From an uncultured Bacillota bacterium (GTDB lineage Bacteria; Bacillota; DTU025; MWDF01), in assembly GCA_963823655.1 (NCBI GenBank), contig CAWGMK010000010.1:384001-448000 (forward strand): 64,000 bases of DNA, read 5' to 3'. Position 1 is the stretch's first letter. The number at the start of each line of letters is the position of its first letter. Below are positions 62,426 through 64,000 of the stretch, one piece after another. The notes under the pieces are model-generated. The model saw only the letters and a list, made by a program, of their open reading frames with translations, ran no database searches and was not told the DNA's origin. Both the position numbers and the translations under genes were made by a program.

Positions 62426-63070
62426 GTGAATACCAGGGTGGGGATAGCGATATTCCTGATTTTCGCAGCTCTCGTGGGCGTGTCCTACTATTACGGTTTC
62501 GTTAGGCAGGAGCCCTCAATAGAGGCGGCGCAAGAGGCGGTTGACGACAAGGACCTTCCTGAAGTGCTCATAAAGGGGCTTACGATATCTAGCTGGACCG
62601 GCGGCGCAAGGGTTTGGGAGATGAAAGCCGACAGCATGGAGCTGCCCCGATTCGGCAGGAACGCCACGCTCACAGGCATCAAGGAAGGCACCATATTTAG
62701 GGATGATGTAGCTTATCTGGGCTTTTCCGCGGGCAGGGCGGCCGTCGACGGCAGGAACAGGATGCAGTTTTCGGAAGGCGTGCTGATCATGTCTCAGGGC
62801 AAACCCCTGATGGTAACCGAGTCGATGGTATGGGACCCTGTGACGCAGCTGGTCAACATCCCCGGAGAGACCGAGATAACGGCGGACGGCAGCAAGGTGA
62901 CGGCGAAGAACCTTACGGTGGACCTTAAGGACGAGTACATTTCTACGACCGGCGATATAATCGCCCAGCAGGGCGACAGCGTAAAGATAACGGCAGGGAA
63001 CATGAGGTATTCGGTCACCAGGCGCGAGATGGAGATCATCGGGCCTTTGACGATAACGATAGACCTCTAG
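62426..63070 (+). CDS. lptC: LptC-like membrane-anchored jellyroll protein
   Basis: N-terminal TM anchor, G.RVWEMKADS, TESMVWDP, beta-rich; lies before lptA-lptB. Confidence 0.65.
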   Translation: MNTRVGIAIFLIFAALVGVSYYYGFVRQEPSIEAAQEAVDDKDLPEVLIKGLTISSWTGGARVWEMKADSMELPRFGRNATLTGIKEGTIFRDDVAYLGFSAGRAAVDGRNRMQFSEGVLIMSQGKPLMVTESMVWDPVTQLVNIPGETEITADGSKVTAKNLTVDLKDEYISTTGDIIAQQGDSVKITAGNMRYSVTRREMEIIGPLTITIDL

Positions 63071-63085
63071 GAAAGGGGTGCACAG

Positions 63086-63748
63086 ATGATAAAGAGCAGA
63101 TCAAGAACGGCAATCGCCGCGGCACTGATCATCCTGGTACTGGCCTCTACGGCGCTTGCGGCCAAACAGGTCAAGATCACAGCCTCCAAGAAGCTCAGCT
63201 ACCAGGGCGCCAAAGGCGACGCAATGGTAGAGGGCGACGTAAAAATCGAATACGACACTACCCTGATTACAGCCGATAAAGTGATTTTCAACAGCGACAA
63301 CAAAACGGCTAGGGTGGACAGCGGCGTGCGCATAGTGCAGGACAATATCGTCATCACGGCCAATGTCATGAACGCCGACTTTAAAACCGAGAAAGTCATG
63401 GTCAGCGGCAATGTTAAGCTGGAGATGACAGAGACTCTTGCCGAGAAGGATGCCAACGGCGTCGCAAAGAAGGATGTCGTGCTGCTTTTAACTTCAAGCA
63501 TGACTATTGATATCAATACAAACGACTTCACGGCGTCCGGCGGAATAATAATAACCAAGGACAAACAGAAGGCACAGTCCGGAAGCGCTGCATACATCGA
63601 GGCTGAGAAGAAGATAACCCTTACGGGAAATGTCAGTATCGAGACCAGCGACGGCGATACCGTAAAGGCCGAAAAAGCGGTCATCTATACGGACAAGGAT
63701 ACTTTCGAAGCCGAGGGCGAACGCATAGAGATCAACTTCATCGTATAG
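63086..63748 (+). CDS. lptA: LptA/OstA-like periplasmic bridge protein
   Basis: Signal peptide ALA-A; repeated ITA, EGDVKI, SGNVKL, LTGNVSI jellyroll motifs. Confidence 0.72.
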   Translation: MIKSRSRTAIAAALIILVLASTALAAKQVKITASKKLSYQGAKGDAMVEGDVKIEYDTTLITADKVIFNSDNKTARVDSGVRIVQDNIVITANVMNADFKTEKVMVSGNVKLEMTETLAEKDANGVAKKDVVLLLTSSMTIDINTNDFTASGGIIITKDKQKAQSGSAAYIEAEKKITLTGNVSIETSDGDTVKAEKAVIYTDKDTFEAEGERIEINFIV

Positions 63749-63764
63749 CGTTATCGGAGGCAAC

Positions 63765-64000
63765 ATGGGAATTAGGGCGGTCAAGCTTACGAAGTCGTTC
63801 TCCGGCCGGAATGTGGTGGACGGGGTCGACATCAACCTGGAGCGCGGGGAGGCAGTGGGACTTTTCGGACCCAACGGGGCCGGGAAGACCACGACCTTCT
63901 ACATGCTCCTGGGGCTTGAAGTGCCCGATTCCGGCCTTATCGAAGTGGACGGCCGCGACGTCACCGAATTGCCCGTTCACATGAGGGCCCAGCTTGGCAT
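63765..64000 (+). CDS. lptB: LPS-export ABC ATPase LptB, 3'-truncated by window edge
   Basis: MGIRAVKLTKSFSGRNVVDGV...GE.VGL.GPNGAGKTTTFYM...DVTELP.H.RA.LG, after a GGAGG SD. Confidence 0.88.
   Translation, partial: MGIRAVKLTKSFSGRNVVDGVDINLERGEAVGLFGPNGAGKTTTFYMLLGLEVPDSGLIEVDGRDVTELPVHMRAQLG

Overview
Core, almost entirely plus-strand region of an anaerobic Bacillota (Firmicutes)-like bacterium that appears to be diderm. Evidence for Bacillota: T-box, Alu-type SRP RNA, and the serS-tRNA-tadA-ffs-dnaX-ybaB-recR-rrn and rpmE-tdk-prfA-prmC-sua5-rpiB-upp-tagO-mnaA-murA gene orders. Evidence for an outer membrane: BamA, OmpH and Lpt proteins. The window holds glyA (partial), a four-subunit pyruvate:ferredoxin oxidoreductase operon, serS/aspS/asnS, six tRNAs, SRP RNA, one complete rRNA operon and many housekeeping genes. 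About 18 scattered single-base indels, mostly +1 and including essential genes, indicate an unpolished long-read assembly, so split genes are reported joined and every fusion carries that caveat. The most interesting signals concern the envelope. (1) An outer-membrane cluster with no lpx genes, in which a single LptF/G permease is in frame with an internal signal peptide and a full LptD. (2) A LolA-like carrier + RND + orphan beta-barrel + MATE operon with no adaptor or TolC. (3) A short S-V/I-I-I-T/N-P motif shared by a DUF4384-PEGA protein and four loop insertions of a 2011-aa surface protein. (4) ECF-sigma-like promoters in front of these envelope loci. No mobile elements or CRISPR arrays were seen. 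All calls come from reading motifs by eye; no searches were run.
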